A stretch of 64,000 bases of DNA from a virus (Duplodnaviria; Caudoviricetes). The stretch lies in the IMG/VR virus record IMGVR_UViG_3300046690_000230, positions 2,191 through 66,190 of that record. One strand, written 5' to 3'. The notes beneath the pieces were generated by a model, which did not search any database, had not been told where the DNA came from, and was given only the letters and a program-made list of their open reading frames with translations. Every line of letters begins with the position of its first letter. Position 1 is the stretch's first letter. Below, piece after piece: positions 27,492 to 38,800 of the stretch. The position numbers and the translations under genes are program-made.

Positions 27492-28339
27492 AAGTTCTAT
27501 ATCTGAGTGGTGCTACTGGGGCCGATTATATGGCGGATATGCTGTTTCATGGTTTACGTACCTTGCTTGGTCCTGATTTGGTTGATGTCAACCGTCTCGA
27601 TTTCATGTACAGGGACTGGCCTCATCCGCCTTTCTACTCCATCTACGGACTACTCACAGAACCAGATGGCATAGACCGTACCGACATAGAAGCCAAAATT
27701 GCCAATCATTACTTCGACTTGATTGTGTACGGGTCAATCCATCGTTTCCGCCAGTGCATGGATTTGGTCTGGCAGCACTACCCTCCCAACAAGGTTGTGT
27801 ATATTGACGGCGAAGACGATCATTCCACAATCATTCTAGGCAACACGGGGATTTACTTTAAGCGCGAACTTGCCGATATTCACCCTTCATCGTATCTTCC
27901 AATCCAGTTCTGCATTCCCAAGGAAAAGATTCGCCCTATCGATCTATCGCGCAAGACTCGCTTAATGTCTCCGCTAATCCCCGGCGATACTTCCACTTAC
28001 ATCTACTATGGCGATGAGTCCAAGTACTACGACCAATACAGCGAATCTTATTTTGGTCGCACCAAGAAAAAGGGTGGTTGGGATTGTTGCAGGCATCATG
28101 AAATTCTAGCGGCTGGGACGTTGCCATATTTTCAGGACTTTGAAAATTGTCCTCCATTGACTCTTTTCAATTTCAATAGAAGTTTAATAAAAATGGCAAA
28201 AGAAATGTATGACAATTGGAGTGATGATCATTGGCAGGTTGAAGTATACGAGACTGTACTTTCTCAATTACAAAATTTTAGTCTAACCACCACAGAAGCG
28301 ATGGCCAAGTACGTCCTTGATACGGTAGGAGCGGCATGA
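27488..28339 (+). CDS. putative glycosyltransferase
   Basis: DYMADMLFHG, YIDGED, YFKREL, KKGGWDCCRHHEILAAG. Confidence 0.65.
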   Translation: MKVLYLSGATGADYMADMLFHGLRTLLGPDLVDVNRLDFMYRDWPHPPFYSIYGLLTEPDGIDRTDIEAKIANHYFDLIVYGSIHRFRQCMDLVWQHYPPNKVVYIDGEDDHSTIILGNTGIYFKRELADIHPSSYLPIQFCIPKEKIRPIDLSRKTRLMSPLIPGDTSTYIYYGDESKYYDQYSESYFGRTKKKGGWDCCRHHEILAAGTLPYFQDFENCPPLTLFNFNRSLIKMAKEMYDNWSDDHWQVEVYETVLSQLQNFSLTTTEAMAKYVLDTVGAA

Positions 28340-28685
28340 GCGTAAACATTGAAAACGCACTAAAGATTACAGGTTGGATGGAGGACCATTCCTTGGTCTG
28401 GTTGGCAGAACAGGCGGCAATTCACAATTCCATCGTAGAAGTGGGTTGCTGGCGCGGGAAATCAACTACTTGTCTGGCCGACAATACTTCTGGAATCGTT
28501 TATGCCGTTGACCATTGGAAGGGCAGTGAGGAGCACCAACCTGTCGATGAAGAGAAGTTGTATCAGATGTTTCTTGACCAGATGGCTCCGTCCATGATGC
28601 AGGCTACGACCCAGTTGAACGTGCAGCCAATGACCTGCTTCCAAGCAACAAGCATGTAGGCAGTATGTGGGTAGTCTACCTATGA
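28336..28685 (+). pseudogene. methyltransferase with apparent internal deletion and frameshift
   Basis: N-half IVEVGCWRGKST/AVDHWKGS; the C-terminal HD..PV motif lies in another frame (28593-28685); the central FIDxxH motif is absent. Confidence 0.6.
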
Positions 28686-28709
28686 GAGCACTTGTTACCG
28701 GAGGAGCAT

Positions 28710-29126
28710 TTAGGAACGTCTATGTTGGTTGTAGCATTTATAGGAACAAAAATCATGGTAGTAGCGCATACGATGTTTAGCTTTGTAGAACTGGTTCTTG
28801 CAAAAGTGGCACGTAAGTTGCATGGATTTATGTTTGCGTTGATGGACGGAATTACGAAGAAGTTCCAAGTTATCAAAGCGGTCGTTGTCTTTTGTACCGT
28901 CGATATGGTGCAGTTCGTATCCCTTGGGATGCACTTCACCTGTTTTGAGCCACCAAACAACATGATATCTAAGGGCATATCCTTCCGAATAACACCGTGG
29001 ATAATCAGGTCTATAGACACGAAATCTTCCTCTATTGTCCGTGTATCCTTCATCCCAATGTTCGGGCGTCCAAGATTCAATATAAATGCGCTTGAAAGTT
29101 CCGTTTGGATTTCGCATAATCCGCAA
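28710..29126 (-). CDS. HNH homing endonuclease inserted antisense
   Basis: GYELHHIDGTKDNDRFDNLELL...H; CHFC..CSYKC. Confidence 0.85.
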   Translation of the reverse strand: MRIMRNPNGTFKRIYIESWTPEHWDEGYTDNRGRFRVYRPDYPRCYSEGYALRYHVVWWLKTGEVHPKGYELHHIDGTKDNDRFDNLELLRNSVHQRKHKSMQLTCHFCKNQFYKAKHRMRYYHDFCSYKCYNQHRRS

Positions 29127-29146
29127 TATATAAGGGGTTCATAGGT

Positions 29147-30160
29147 ATGTCAAGATGCTTAGTTTCTGGGGGTGCAGGATTTCTGGGCAGCCATGTCGTA
29201 GACCATCTCATCGCGGCAGGGCATGAAGTAGCGGTTATTGATGATCTATCAGGAGGGTTTCGTGAAAACATCCACTCGCAAGCGCGATTCTACCAAGGCT
29301 CGATCACGGACTCGGTCTTTGTTGAACAAGTCTTTAACGAATGTAAGTTCGACTTCGTTTACCACCTCGCAGCCTACGCTGCTGAGGGCCTCAGTCACTT
29401 TATCAGGAGCTTCAACTACCACAACAACGTCATCGGCTCCGTTAATCTTATCAACAGTTCCATACGTCATAGTGTCAAGTGCTTTGTCTTCACGTCGTCC
29501 ATCGCGGTCTATGGGTCGGCGCAAGTCCCAATGACTGAGGACATGACGCCGGCTCCAGAAGACCCCTACGGAATAGCGAAGTATGCGGTGGAGATGGACT
29601 TAGCAGCGGCTCATCGTCAATTTGGTCTGCCTTACATCATTTTCAGGCCACACAACGTCTATGGAGAGCGACAGAACATTGGTGACCCATACCGCAATGT
29701 CATCGGTATCTGGATGAACCAGATTCTAAAGGGTGAGCCTTGCACTATTTTTGGCGATGGCCAGCAGACTCGTGCTTTTACACACATTTATGATGTAGCG
29801 CCGATTATTGCATGGGCGCACGAATTTCCTGCAGCTTACGGCCATGTATTCAATATTGGAGCTGATTTACCCATAACCGTAAATTACTTGTTTGAAATGG
29901 TTCAACGGGCTATGGATATTCCCGCAGAAAAGATTCATCTTCCAGAAAGAAAGGAAGTGAGACACGCTTTCAGCGAACATTCCAAGGTTCAATTCTTTTT
30001 TAATCCCAGGCCCTGGATTAGTTTAGAGAAAGGACTTCAAAAAATGGCGATATGGGTAAAACAGCATGGCTCGCGCCAGACCAAACCATTTGCCAATCTG
30101 GAGTTGGAGAATGGTCTTCCACCATCATGGACGAAGGCTCGCGAGCAGGTGCTTTCGTGA
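29147..30160 (+). CDS. NAD-dependent nucleotide-sugar epimerase/dehydratase
   Basis: GGAGFLG, HLAA, SSIAVYG, YGIAK, RPHNVYG. Confidence 0.93.
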   Translation: MSRCLVSGGAGFLGSHVVDHLIAAGHEVAVIDDLSGGFRENIHSQARFYQGSITDSVFVEQVFNECKFDFVYHLAAYAAEGLSHFIRSFNYHNNVIGSVNLINSSIRHSVKCFVFTSSIAVYGSAQVPMTEDMTPAPEDPYGIAKYAVEMDLAAAHRQFGLPYIIFRPHNVYGERQNIGDPYRNVIGIWMNQILKGEPCTIFGDGQQTRAFTHIYDVAPIIAWAHEFPAAYGHVFNIGADLPITVNYLFEMVQRAMDIPAEKIHLPERKEVRHAFSEHSKVQFFFNPRPWISLEKGLQKMAIWVKQHGSRQTKPFANLELENGLPPSWTKAREQVLS

Positions 30161-30332
30161 AACTCTACTACCCAATCGAGCGAATAATGACCGATGAAGA
30201 GATAGATGCCTATTTCAAAGAACGGGGAATCACGGGAATGCATATTACGTATATCCCCGCCACTCATCCTCGCCCTGAGCACGACAGTAAGGCTCCATTT
30301 GAGATTCCAGAAGGCCATCGGAGAGTGAAATC

Positions 30333-31286
30333 GTGAGGGTATTAGCGCCGACAGGGGTAGGAGACGTAGCGTGGGCTTTGCACAAAATCCAAGCCGTGCG
30401 CGACAAGCTAGACCCTGGTGGCCCTATTGACGTAACCCTGGTAGGCGGCAATGGCAAGATTGACTCTCGCGCTATGGATTTCGTTCGCAGGTTCAGCTTT
30501 GTCAACTCTGTCAACATGAAGCCGTACTCGCTGCACGCCTACGGACCACTGACGCATCCAGACGGAACATACAACTACATCGAGGATGGCGATTATACTT
30601 TTGAAGGAGAGCATTACATCGTTCTAATTCCCAATCGTAGCTTAGAACAAGGTATCCGTTTAGAGGACTGGCTGGCGCATTATCCTATTCGGTGGGACAT
30701 CTTTCAGGACTTCCAAATCGACATCACAGAGCGGATTCGCGCCGCCGTTATACACGAAAAGATAGGGCGGGACTTCTGCGTATTCTATCCAGGGCCGCTC
30801 GCTGGCAACACCGTCGAAGGGCACAACCGAGGGCCAATCTGGACACCGCAGGAATGGGTGGAATTGGGCAAGCGTGCCAGTGAAGAGTTTGGCCTGCACA
30901 TTGTAGTGGTTGGTGCTTCCTACGACCTGCCGTACTTCAACACTTTTTTGGAGCCATTGCTGAATGGGCAGTCTTACTGGACCAGCGTAATCGGCCAGAC
31001 CAACCTAGGAGATTTGTGGGCGCTGACTGACCGCGCCAAATTCGTCATTTCCTATCAAGCGGGAGTGGGCATCATCAGCACGTATAGGAAGACTCCCACA
31101 GGCATTTTCTGGCGGCAACACGGAAACTCGATTAGCGGCCAACACTACCTGACCTTCGATGAGCGGATGGCAAGTGCTTGGGTTCCCCCTGCCATTCTCG
31201 AAAAAGGCACACATTTGCCACTTTACTACGGGAAATCTAGTGTAGACTCCATCCTGAAAGAAGTCCGTTCAAGAAACTGGATTTAG
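30333..31286 (+). CDS. GT9-like (heptosyltransferase-fold) glycosyltransferase
   Basis: GVGDVAW, W.P.EW.EL, IGQTNL, FVISYQAG. Confidence 0.7.
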   Translation: MRVLAPTGVGDVAWALHKIQAVRDKLDPGGPIDVTLVGGNGKIDSRAMDFVRRFSFVNSVNMKPYSLHAYGPLTHPDGTYNYIEDGDYTFEGEHYIVLIPNRSLEQGIRLEDWLAHYPIRWDIFQDFQIDITERIRAAVIHEKIGRDFCVFYPGPLAGNTVEGHNRGPIWTPQEWVELGKRASEEFGLHIVVVGASYDLPYFNTFLEPLLNGQSYWTSVIGQTNLGDLWALTDRAKFVISYQAGVGIISTYRKTPTGIFWRQHGNSISGQHYLTFDERMASAWVPPAILEKGTHLPLYYGKSSVDSILKEVRSRNWI

Positions 31287-31294
31287 GAGGTCAA

Positions 31295-31534
31295 ATGCTG
31301 TATCCACTGTTGGCTTTCCAACATCGTATCGGCTTTTTCGGCCATGAAGGCGGTATATGGGCCTTTATCGGGTTTCTGTTCATGGTTGTTGTTATCGCTA
31401 TCCTGTTCAAGCTAATGAAACTGATATTGCCAGCGCTGGGCGTCACTTCGCCGTGGGATCAGGTCTGTTTCTGGGTAGCCGTACTGATTTGCGTCATCAT
31501 GTTTGCTAACTATTCGTTTGGGTACTGGTTCTAA
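31295..31534 (+). CDS. small membrane protein
   Basis: Two hydrophobic helices; SD AGGAGG. Confidence 0.65.
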   Translation: MLYPLLAFQHRIGFFGHEGGIWAFIGFLFMVVVIAILFKLMKLILPALGVTSPWDQVCFWVAVLICVIMFANYSFGYWF

Positions 31535-31540
31535 GCGCCG

Positions 31541-33334
31541 ATGCGCCGGCTGCTCATACTTCTAGCTCTGTTGACACTTCCATCGGTAGCCAGTGCCCGT
31601 GAGGGGTGGCGCGACTGGTGCTGGAACGGTGCCAAGCGGGTCACGACCTCTGGCCTGAACAGCACAACTACCGTCCAAGCCACCACGGCAAGCTGCACTG
31701 TCACCATCTACGTCCACGGTGGGAGCACACTCGCCACAATCTATTCGGACAATAACGGAACGCCTCTCGCCAATCCTTTTACTGGCAGCAATCCCAATGG
31801 GCAATTCATCTGGTACGCAGACAATGGGCGCTACGATCAGACGATAAACGTCACTATCAACGGGGCATCGAACACCGTCACCATGTCCGATGTGCTGCTC
31901 TGCGACCCCTATGTGACAGGTTCCACATGCAACAATGGCGGGTCAACCACGGCGCACAACCTGCTCTCAACCACGCACCTTGACACCATTCCAGAATCTC
32001 CTCCTGTGCGCGGCGACCTAATCACAGGTCAGAATCAGACTTCGCCTACGGGTGTCAATCCTTCATGGGCAGCACTGCCACTTGGCACTGCTGGTCAAGT
32101 TCTACTATCCAATGGCCTTGACGCCTTGTGGGGCAATCTGGTGGCTGGAACCAACATCACCATTGTCAATTCAGGTTCTCCTTCGGGTTCAACCGTCACG
32201 ATTAATTCTACTGGTGGAGGATCGGGTTGTACGCTTCCCGGTGTGACTGATACTGGAATCTTAACAGAGCATCCAGTAAGTACTTGTTACGATTCTTCTC
32301 GCGCCACATGGGACGATACGAATTTCAATCTGCAAATTGGTAGTGGTAGCAATGTTTTTACCGGAACAAACACCAAAAACTTTATCCTTGCTGGTTCAAA
32401 CCATTTAACGGATGTTACCGATGCTAATGTCAACGGAGCCAGCAACACTATCACCTGCGATGCGAACACATTGGGAAGTTCTACCTGCGATCTTTTTATG
32501 ATTGGTGGTGTTGCCAACACGGTTACGAATACAGGTGCCAGTAGTGCCGCATTTTCTACTCACATGTATGGTCGTCTAAATTCATTGACTGTCACTGGCG
32601 GAAGTAGTTCATCTACAATGATGTTTTTTATGCGTAGCAACACTGCTACAGCCGGTACTGGTGGAGATGTGGATGATTCAATTCTGATGGGTCTAGCCAA
32701 TGACAGCCAAGCTAATGGCACTGGTTCAATAACCAGTTCATTGTTTGTTATTGGGGAAAATAATTCCGTTCATACAGTATCAGGTGGAGATTTAGAAGAT
32801 AACTTCATTTTAGGAGAGAATAACTCCATGTCAGCAAATGCTGCTGCCAGCGGTGGTGGTTTTATGACAGAAATTGGATTCAACCACACCATTTTCACTT
32901 CCACTGGCGGTGTGCAGATGAACTATGGAACGGCCATTGGTCATGCAAATAGCAACAGTGATGGTTCCGGCGCGACATCCACCATGACTGATTTCATCAT
33001 GGTTGGTCATTCCCTTCATCTTGTAAATTGCACGGATTGTTTCTCGATGGGCAAGAACATCGACCAAGCAGGAATTAACAATACGCTTTGGCTAGGCATG
33101 TCTGCCAGCGATGTTGGCCTCGTTATTACCAATAGCGGTGGCACTCACGACAACGTTCGCCGCACGCCAATGGTATTTGCTTCTCTCCCTGCTTGCGCCG
33201 CTGGAACAGAAGGCTCATTTGCATCAATTACAGATTCCTCAACTAACACATGGGGTGCTACCATCACGGGCAGTAGCGGGAGTCACGTATTAGGTTATTG
33301 CGATGGTACGAATTGGACTGTCGCAGGAAAGTAG
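31541..33334 (+). CDS. tailspike/fibre-like protein with N-terminal signal peptide
   Basis: TLATIYSDNNGTPLANPFT..YADNGRYD (tailspike head-binding-like), Gly/Asn beta-repeats, YCDGTNW end. Confidence 0.6.
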   Translation: MRRLLILLALLTLPSVASAREGWRDWCWNGAKRVTTSGLNSTTTVQATTASCTVTIYVHGGSTLATIYSDNNGTPLANPFTGSNPNGQFIWYADNGRYDQTINVTINGASNTVTMSDVLLCDPYVTGSTCNNGGSTTAHNLLSTTHLDTIPESPPVRGDLITGQNQTSPTGVNPSWAALPLGTAGQVLLSNGLDALWGNLVAGTNITIVNSGSPSGSTVTINSTGGGSGCTLPGVTDTGILTEHPVSTCYDSSRATWDDTNFNLQIGSGSNVFTGTNTKNFILAGSNHLTDVTDANVNGASNTITCDANTLGSSTCDLFMIGGVANTVTNTGASSAAFSTHMYGRLNSLTVTGGSSSSTMMFFMRSNTATAGTGGDVDDSILMGLANDSQANGTGSITSSLFVIGENNSVHTVSGGDLEDNFILGENNSMSANAAASGGGFMTEIGFNHTIFTSTGGVQMNYGTAIGHANSNSDGSGATSTMTDFIMVGHSLHLVNCTDCFSMGKNIDQAGINNTLWLGMSASDVGLVITNSGGTHDNVRRTPMVFASLPACAAGTEGSFASITDSSTNTWGATITGSSGSHVLGYCDGTNWTVAGK

Positions 33335-33339
33335 GTTTT

Positions 33340-33573
33340 ATGTACGACGAACGAGACAAGTCATATGCCAGTGAAGCTGCGAATCTCCGCATCTTCGGCG
33401 CAACGCGGCTGCATTGCGACTCTTACCGCGATGACATGTTGGATGAAGAAGGCTACTACGCAACAGGTGGCGGGTTGACGGAGCGCCGTTTGGGACGCGG
33501 CGACGTGAACGAATCGCAGTCCAAGCTGTTCAATGAACGGCTGCGGGCTGGCCACGAGCATCTGAGGCGCTAA
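33340..33573 (+). CDS. hypothetical protein
   Basis: MYDERDKS; TAATG overlap with the next gene. Confidence 0.55.
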   Translation: MYDERDKSYASEAANLRIFGATRLHCDSYRDDMLDEEGYYATGGGLTERRLGRGDVNESQSKLFNERLRAGHEHLRR

Positions 33574-33794
33574 TGCCGCGCTACGGACTGCCCAACCCGA
33601 CGAAGCCCGTTACCAGCCTGTCTAAAGGCTCGCGCCAAGACATCAAGCTGACCAATCCCGCTTCCTCTAAGAGCGGTTTTGCAGCGTCCAGCAAGCCTCC
33701 CAAAGTAACGCCCGACTACGGCTATGTGCCGCACAAGATGGGAGCCAAGACCTTAAAGGGCAAGTCTCCCAGCAAGACAGTCATGGGGAAATGA
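33573..33794 (+). CDS. small basic protein
   Basis: Lys/Ser/Pro-rich. Confidence 0.55.
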   Translation: MPRYGLPNPTKPVTSLSKGSRQDIKLTNPASSKSGFAASSKPPKVTPDYGYVPHKMGAKTLKGKSPSKTVMGK

Positions 33795-33795
33795 C

Positions 33796-33987
33796 ATGGC
33801 CAAATGGATACAGGCAGCCCGCGAAAAGATGGAGGAAAAGGGGTCAGTCGGCTCCTTCGGGAAGGCCACCGCGAAGCACATTGCCTCCGCTAAAAAAGAG
33901 GGTGGCGTTGAAAAGAAAAAGGCCGTCTTTGCCCAGAACATGAAAAAGATTGCACAGAAACACAAGTCGGGCGGGGAGAAGAAGTAA
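33796..33987 (+). CDS. small basic protein
   Basis: MAKWIQAA...KKAVFAQNMKK. Confidence 0.65.
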   Translation: MAKWIQAAREKMEEKGSVGSFGKATAKHIASAKKEGGVEKKKAVFAQNMKKIAQKHKSGGEKK

Positions 33988-34169
33988 TGCCCTACGACGA
34001 GGTGATGCATAAATACAAGGAGGGAGAACTTCATAGCGGTTCCAAGTCTGGCCCGAAGGTTGGTAATCGAAAACAAGCAATCGCTATTATGCTCAGCGAG
34101 AAACGTGCTGCCAAGGGTGGCAAGAGCGAGTACAAAAGTAAGAAGGAAAGTAAACGGAGCGGCAAATGA
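33987..34169 (+). CDS. small basic protein, DUF6496-like
   Basis: VMHKYKEGELHSGS..KV.NRKQAIAIMLSE. Confidence 0.7.
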   Translation: MPYDEVMHKYKEGELHSGSKSGPKVGNRKQAIAIMLSEKRAAKGGKSEYKSKKESKRSGK

Positions 34170-34381
34170 GCTGGGATGGTTTCCTGAAGTCTATGGAAAC
34201 AGATGGTGGCAAGCTGATAGTGCTCCTATTTATGCTGCTCTTTTTGGCTGGAATTGCTCTGTTGTTGTTGATTACTGGACATACCCCACAGGAGGCAGGC
34301 CGTCAGATGTTGGTTGGGGCTATATCATCGCTATTGGGAATTTTGTACGGGTATCTCAAATCATCAGGACCGACTAAGTGA
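34166..34381 (+). CDS. small two-helix membrane protein
   Basis: Hydrophobicity; ATGA overlap. Confidence 0.6.
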   Translation: MSWDGFLKSMETDGGKLIVLLFMLLFLAGIALLLLITGHTPQEAGRQMLVGAISSLLGILYGYLKSSGPTK

Positions 34382-35812
34382 ATGGCCACACAAGCGCTGC
34401 CCTACGCATATATAACTCTGAGCCAGTTGAGGCAGCAAATAGCGAACCGCCTCTACGACCCATCTATGGTGTTCTGGAGTTCAGCAGAGCTTACGGCATA
34501 CGCAGCGGAAGCCTTGCAAACATGGAATGCGTTAACAGGGAACTGGAGAGGGGATTTTGTCTTTCCGTCATCGCAGGGCGTTATCTGGTACGATATTCCG
34601 AGCCTGACGAACACGCTTCGCCCCTACACGGTTACTGATACCGCCATCTACAACGAGATTCTGTACCACCTGCTAGAACCCATCACAGGGCCAGTTTCGC
34701 TGCAATATACTACCGACGACATTGTAAACGCAGTCCAGCGGAGGCGCGATGAACTCCTTTCAATCACTTCCTGCACACAAACGGTTACCACGGTGGGTGC
34801 GGTTGCTGGAAGAATCACCCTCTCCGACTCAGTTATTGACGTTCGTAGAATGGCATATCTCCCGACTGAATCTATCCAGACGGGAGTTGGCTATGGTACG
34901 GGAAGGTATGGGTTTGGCCTTTACGGGAAGTCAGCGAAAGCAAGAATAGACATTCCCAAGCCTTCGGTCCTCTGGCCGGAAGACACATGGGCGGAGCAGT
35001 CCTACGACGCGACATACACGCTAAATCCAGCAGGCAAACCCAACACTCCTCTGACCTACCTGATGAGCACGCAGCCGCCGCTGTCTTTCGATACCAATGC
35101 ACCACCAGCTTTTGGTGGTTCCTACGAACTACTCACGGTAAACGCAGGTGGGACTCTTTCTTTCACCGTGCCTTCGCTTTTCACCATCCCAGACGATTGG
35201 ACGCATGTCATCAAGTGGGGTGCTCTGGCTGACCTCTTTGGCAGGGCATCAAACGCCACCGACCCGCTACGCCAGCAATACTGCGAGAAACGCTATGAGA
35301 TGGGTTGTGCGCTCTTGGCGCAGGCTCCGTCGCTGCTGGCCATGAGAATCAACAATGTGCCTGCTCAGGTGTCTTCGGTGCGCGGAGCTGACCTCTACAA
35401 CACCTCTTGGGAAGGGGCAGACCAGAGTGCTCCGAGGCAGGTCTACCATTCAGGATTAAACCTATTGGCGCTGTCTCCGACTCCCGATGCGGGTGTAAAC
35501 AGCGTACCTTACGACTGCACAGCGACAGTGGTTGAGAATGCGCCGATACCAGTACTAGATGCGGATTTGGTTCAGATTAGCAGGGACGATCTGGACGCTC
35601 TGATTGACTATGCAGTGCATCTGGCGGCTGTGAAGATGGGCGGCCAAGAATTTATCTCCACAATGCCGTTGTTCCAGAACTTCCAGCAACAGGCTGCACT
35701 CTACAACCGTAAATTGCTAGAGAATGCCGAGTACAATTCCATTCTGAGATGGGTCAGCAACATGGAAGCGAGCCAGAATCCAGCCCAGCAGCCTGAAGAG
35801 GTTAAGCAATAA
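34382..35812 (+). CDS. virion structural protein, adaptor-like
   Basis: TLSQLRQQIANRL.D..FWS..EL; position before the nozzle gene. Confidence 0.55.
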   Translation: MATQALPYAYITLSQLRQQIANRLYDPSMVFWSSAELTAYAAEALQTWNALTGNWRGDFVFPSSQGVIWYDIPSLTNTLRPYTVTDTAIYNEILYHLLEPITGPVSLQYTTDDIVNAVQRRRDELLSITSCTQTVTTVGAVAGRITLSDSVIDVRRMAYLPTESIQTGVGYGTGRYGFGLYGKSAKARIDIPKPSVLWPEDTWAEQSYDATYTLNPAGKPNTPLTYLMSTQPPLSFDTNAPPAFGGSYELLTVNAGGTLSFTVPSLFTIPDDWTHVIKWGALADLFGRASNATDPLRQQYCEKRYEMGCALLAQAPSLLAMRINNVPAQVSSVRGADLYNTSWEGADQSAPRQVYHSGLNLLALSPTPDAGVNSVPYDCTATVVENAPIPVLDADLVQISRDDLDALIDYAVHLAAVKMGGQEFISTMPLFQNFQQQAALYNRKLLENAEYNSILRWVSNMEASQNPAQQPEEVKQ

Positions 35813-38800
35813 TGGCTTACGGCGCTGACTTTAAATACCTATTTGGGCGTGGGTCGTTTGAGCGGCCAAAAGAGGGATGGCGTTTTCACTTCAAGGGCAT
35901 GAAGACCAATGCCGCGCCAGACTCTCTGCCTCCAGGGAAGCACCCGATTGCCGTCAACATCAGGGCGGTGAATGACAATTCTGTGGAAACTCGTCCTGGT
36001 ACTGGTCCACAGGTGTTTGCTACCCACGCTCTGCCTGTCACGGACTTGCGTAGCTACACCGTCCTAGGAACTGACAATCTTCCACGAACTCTAGCCAGAG
36101 ATTCAGACGACACGATTTGGCTGGATGACAGTACGCAGGTAGGAACGTTGGCGGCTGGGGGGCTAGGCGCGACGATGATTCCCTTTCGTCCCAGCCAGTC
36201 TCCTGACCCGTACATGTACATCGCCAACGCGGCGGATTACCAGAAATTCTCAGCTCCCGACCCTACGGTTGTGGCTTCCAAGGTCGGTATTGCCGAGCCA
36301 CAAGACTCTTGTGAAGCGGCGCAGATTGCCCAACAGTTTACTGAAGTGCTGTCTCCAGGGGGAACATGGAATACGGCTGGCACGGCTTCGGCTTGGTCTT
36401 CCGGTGACCGCTCAACGGACATCGTAGTTACGGCTTTAAACGACCCTGTAAGCCCTTTTAAGGAAGGCGGAATCCACGGGGCCACTCCCCCTCGCTGGTC
36501 GGTGCAAGTCTCGCCTACGGTTCAGTATCAGCGCGGGGAGATAGTTTACTTCAATGGCTCTCCGGCTCTTATCACTATCGTAGAAGAAGTGATTGCGCCG
36601 CTGTCCATCTCCATGACCGTGCAGGCGATCTACTACAAGTCTGGCCCTCCAGGAGTGGCGGTTGTGGTGTTGCAAGGCATCACTTCACCAGGGAAATCGA
36701 CTCCACAGGACAACCAATCTGGCGTCATTCTCAACAATATCGATGTGATTGCCCAGTTAGTGCGCGGGGCGCTGGTTAGCATAGGTGGCGAGACTACCTT
36801 CGTTCGGTCTGTTACTTCCGGTCCAGACAATCAGATTTGCATTGAATGCTTCCTGAACAACACGCACATCGTAGGTGAAATTGTCATCGGGCTTCCCACC
36901 ATCATCGTCAACGACGTGCAGAACGCCACCAGCGTAATAGCTGGTACGCCTATCATTGGTGACCAAGGAAATGTAGAGAACTTCACGGTAGGGGCGGGGG
37001 TGGGAACTCTCACGACGGGGCCAGCAGGCGGTGGGCCTACAGGAACCATCATCGCCAATGCCACATCGAGCCTGAATGGCTGGGGACCAAACGCCCATGT
37101 AGGTGCCTATGAAATGGGTACGGCACAAGCCTTTAACTGGGGATTAGACCCTTCCACCACGTCTGGTTACACCAACCCAAATAACGTAGGCGATGGCAAT
37201 ACCACTACCTTTGCCGATGCTACAGGCCAGCATACCCATACTTATTACGGTTCTATCTGGGGATTCACTGCTGGCGTTGCACAGTCGAACATGGTGCTAA
37301 ACATCAATTCCAGAGTTCTGGCTAACGGCGATGATGGATTTACAGTCACCAAACGTTCCGCAGGCATCTGGTATTCGCTCGACAATTCAGTGACGTGGAA
37401 CCAGATTTACAATATGGGGCCGGAGTTGCCTTCTCCTCAACCATTGTCCCGCCCCCAACAGTGGGATTCCGTTCCTTTACCAGCCAATCAGGACATTACC
37501 CAAGTGCAGGTGATGGCTTTCACCGATTCGCATGATGACATGGTTCATTACGTCTATGAAATCAACATCTCGGTGGGGGCGGCTTCCATCGGTGTAGATA
37601 CCGGAGCCTATCAGGAAGACGACTATCTGCACTTTTCAGTGCTTGCGGATGACCCTACAAACCTGATTGAACTGAAGCTGCAATTTGATGTGGCTGACGG
37701 AACATTTCTCGACAACTACTACTACACTTCAGTCAGGCCATCGGACCTCGTGCCTGTCACGGCCAACACCGTGTCTCAGTTAGGTGCCATTCAGTCTATC
37801 GTCTCGCAGACGCAGACAAACCAAGAGGCTCAGGCTGTAGGTCTGAACATCTCCAATCCTAGCGTGGCAGGGGATGGGCAATGGACGGAGATTTGGATAC
37901 CCATTAGCGAACTGACTCGTATCGGCGGCGACCAGACCAAGACTCTAGCTAACATCAATTCCGTGCAGATTGTAGTCAATGCGTTGGCTACTATCAGGGT
38001 AGCGGTTTCTTCGATAGCCTTCGTAGGCGGTGGCCAGCCTGACGTGGGGCAGATTGGTGAGCCTTACCGCTATCGTGTTCGTCCTCGTTCTTCTGTAACT
38101 GGAGCGATTGGCAACCCATCTCCTGATATGCGTTATGGCGTTTCAGCGGTGCGCCAGCCAGTACAGATTGACCTGCCCTCGGCGGCTTACGATACGCAGA
38201 TTGACAGGTGGGACATCTTTCGGTTTGGTGGTTCGATTACTTCGTGGCGCTTCTTGGGTTCCGTCGATGTCAGTCACACTTCATTTGAGGACAACTACTT
38301 CGATGATGCAGCGGAAGTTGGAGAGGTTCTGGACTTCGACAACTTCGAGCCTTGGCCGTCCATCGACCTTCCGCTCAACGCTACAGCCACAACCATCGTA
38401 GGAACGGAAGCGGAAGTAGTCATTCCCAGTCCGACTCTGGTACTCCGTTACTTGCCGGGGAACATTGTCAACCTTGGAGGCCAATCGTCCTACACGCTTA
38501 GGAAACGTCCTACTCTTATCAGTGGAACAACTTATCTCTTTGAGTTTGATGAATGTACAGTTGGATTCAACCAAGGCACCATCAGCGACAATGGCCAAGT
38601 CTCCATCTACGAACCAGCCTTAGCCAGACAGTTCCTGCCCTATATGTGGGGGCCGGATGTGAATGGAACGGTCTTTGCCGTGGGCGACCCGTTAAGACCT
38701 GGCACCATCTACACAGCCAAACCCAGCAATCCCGATTCAGCACCGGATTCCTACAATCAGGAACTGACTTCTCCGGCAGAGCCTTTGCTTGGTGGAGAGG

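Noticed and set aside
28692-29144. 150-aa plus-strand ORF continuing the glycan operon
   Set aside because: Antisense shadow of the minus-strand HNH gene, which has clear motifs
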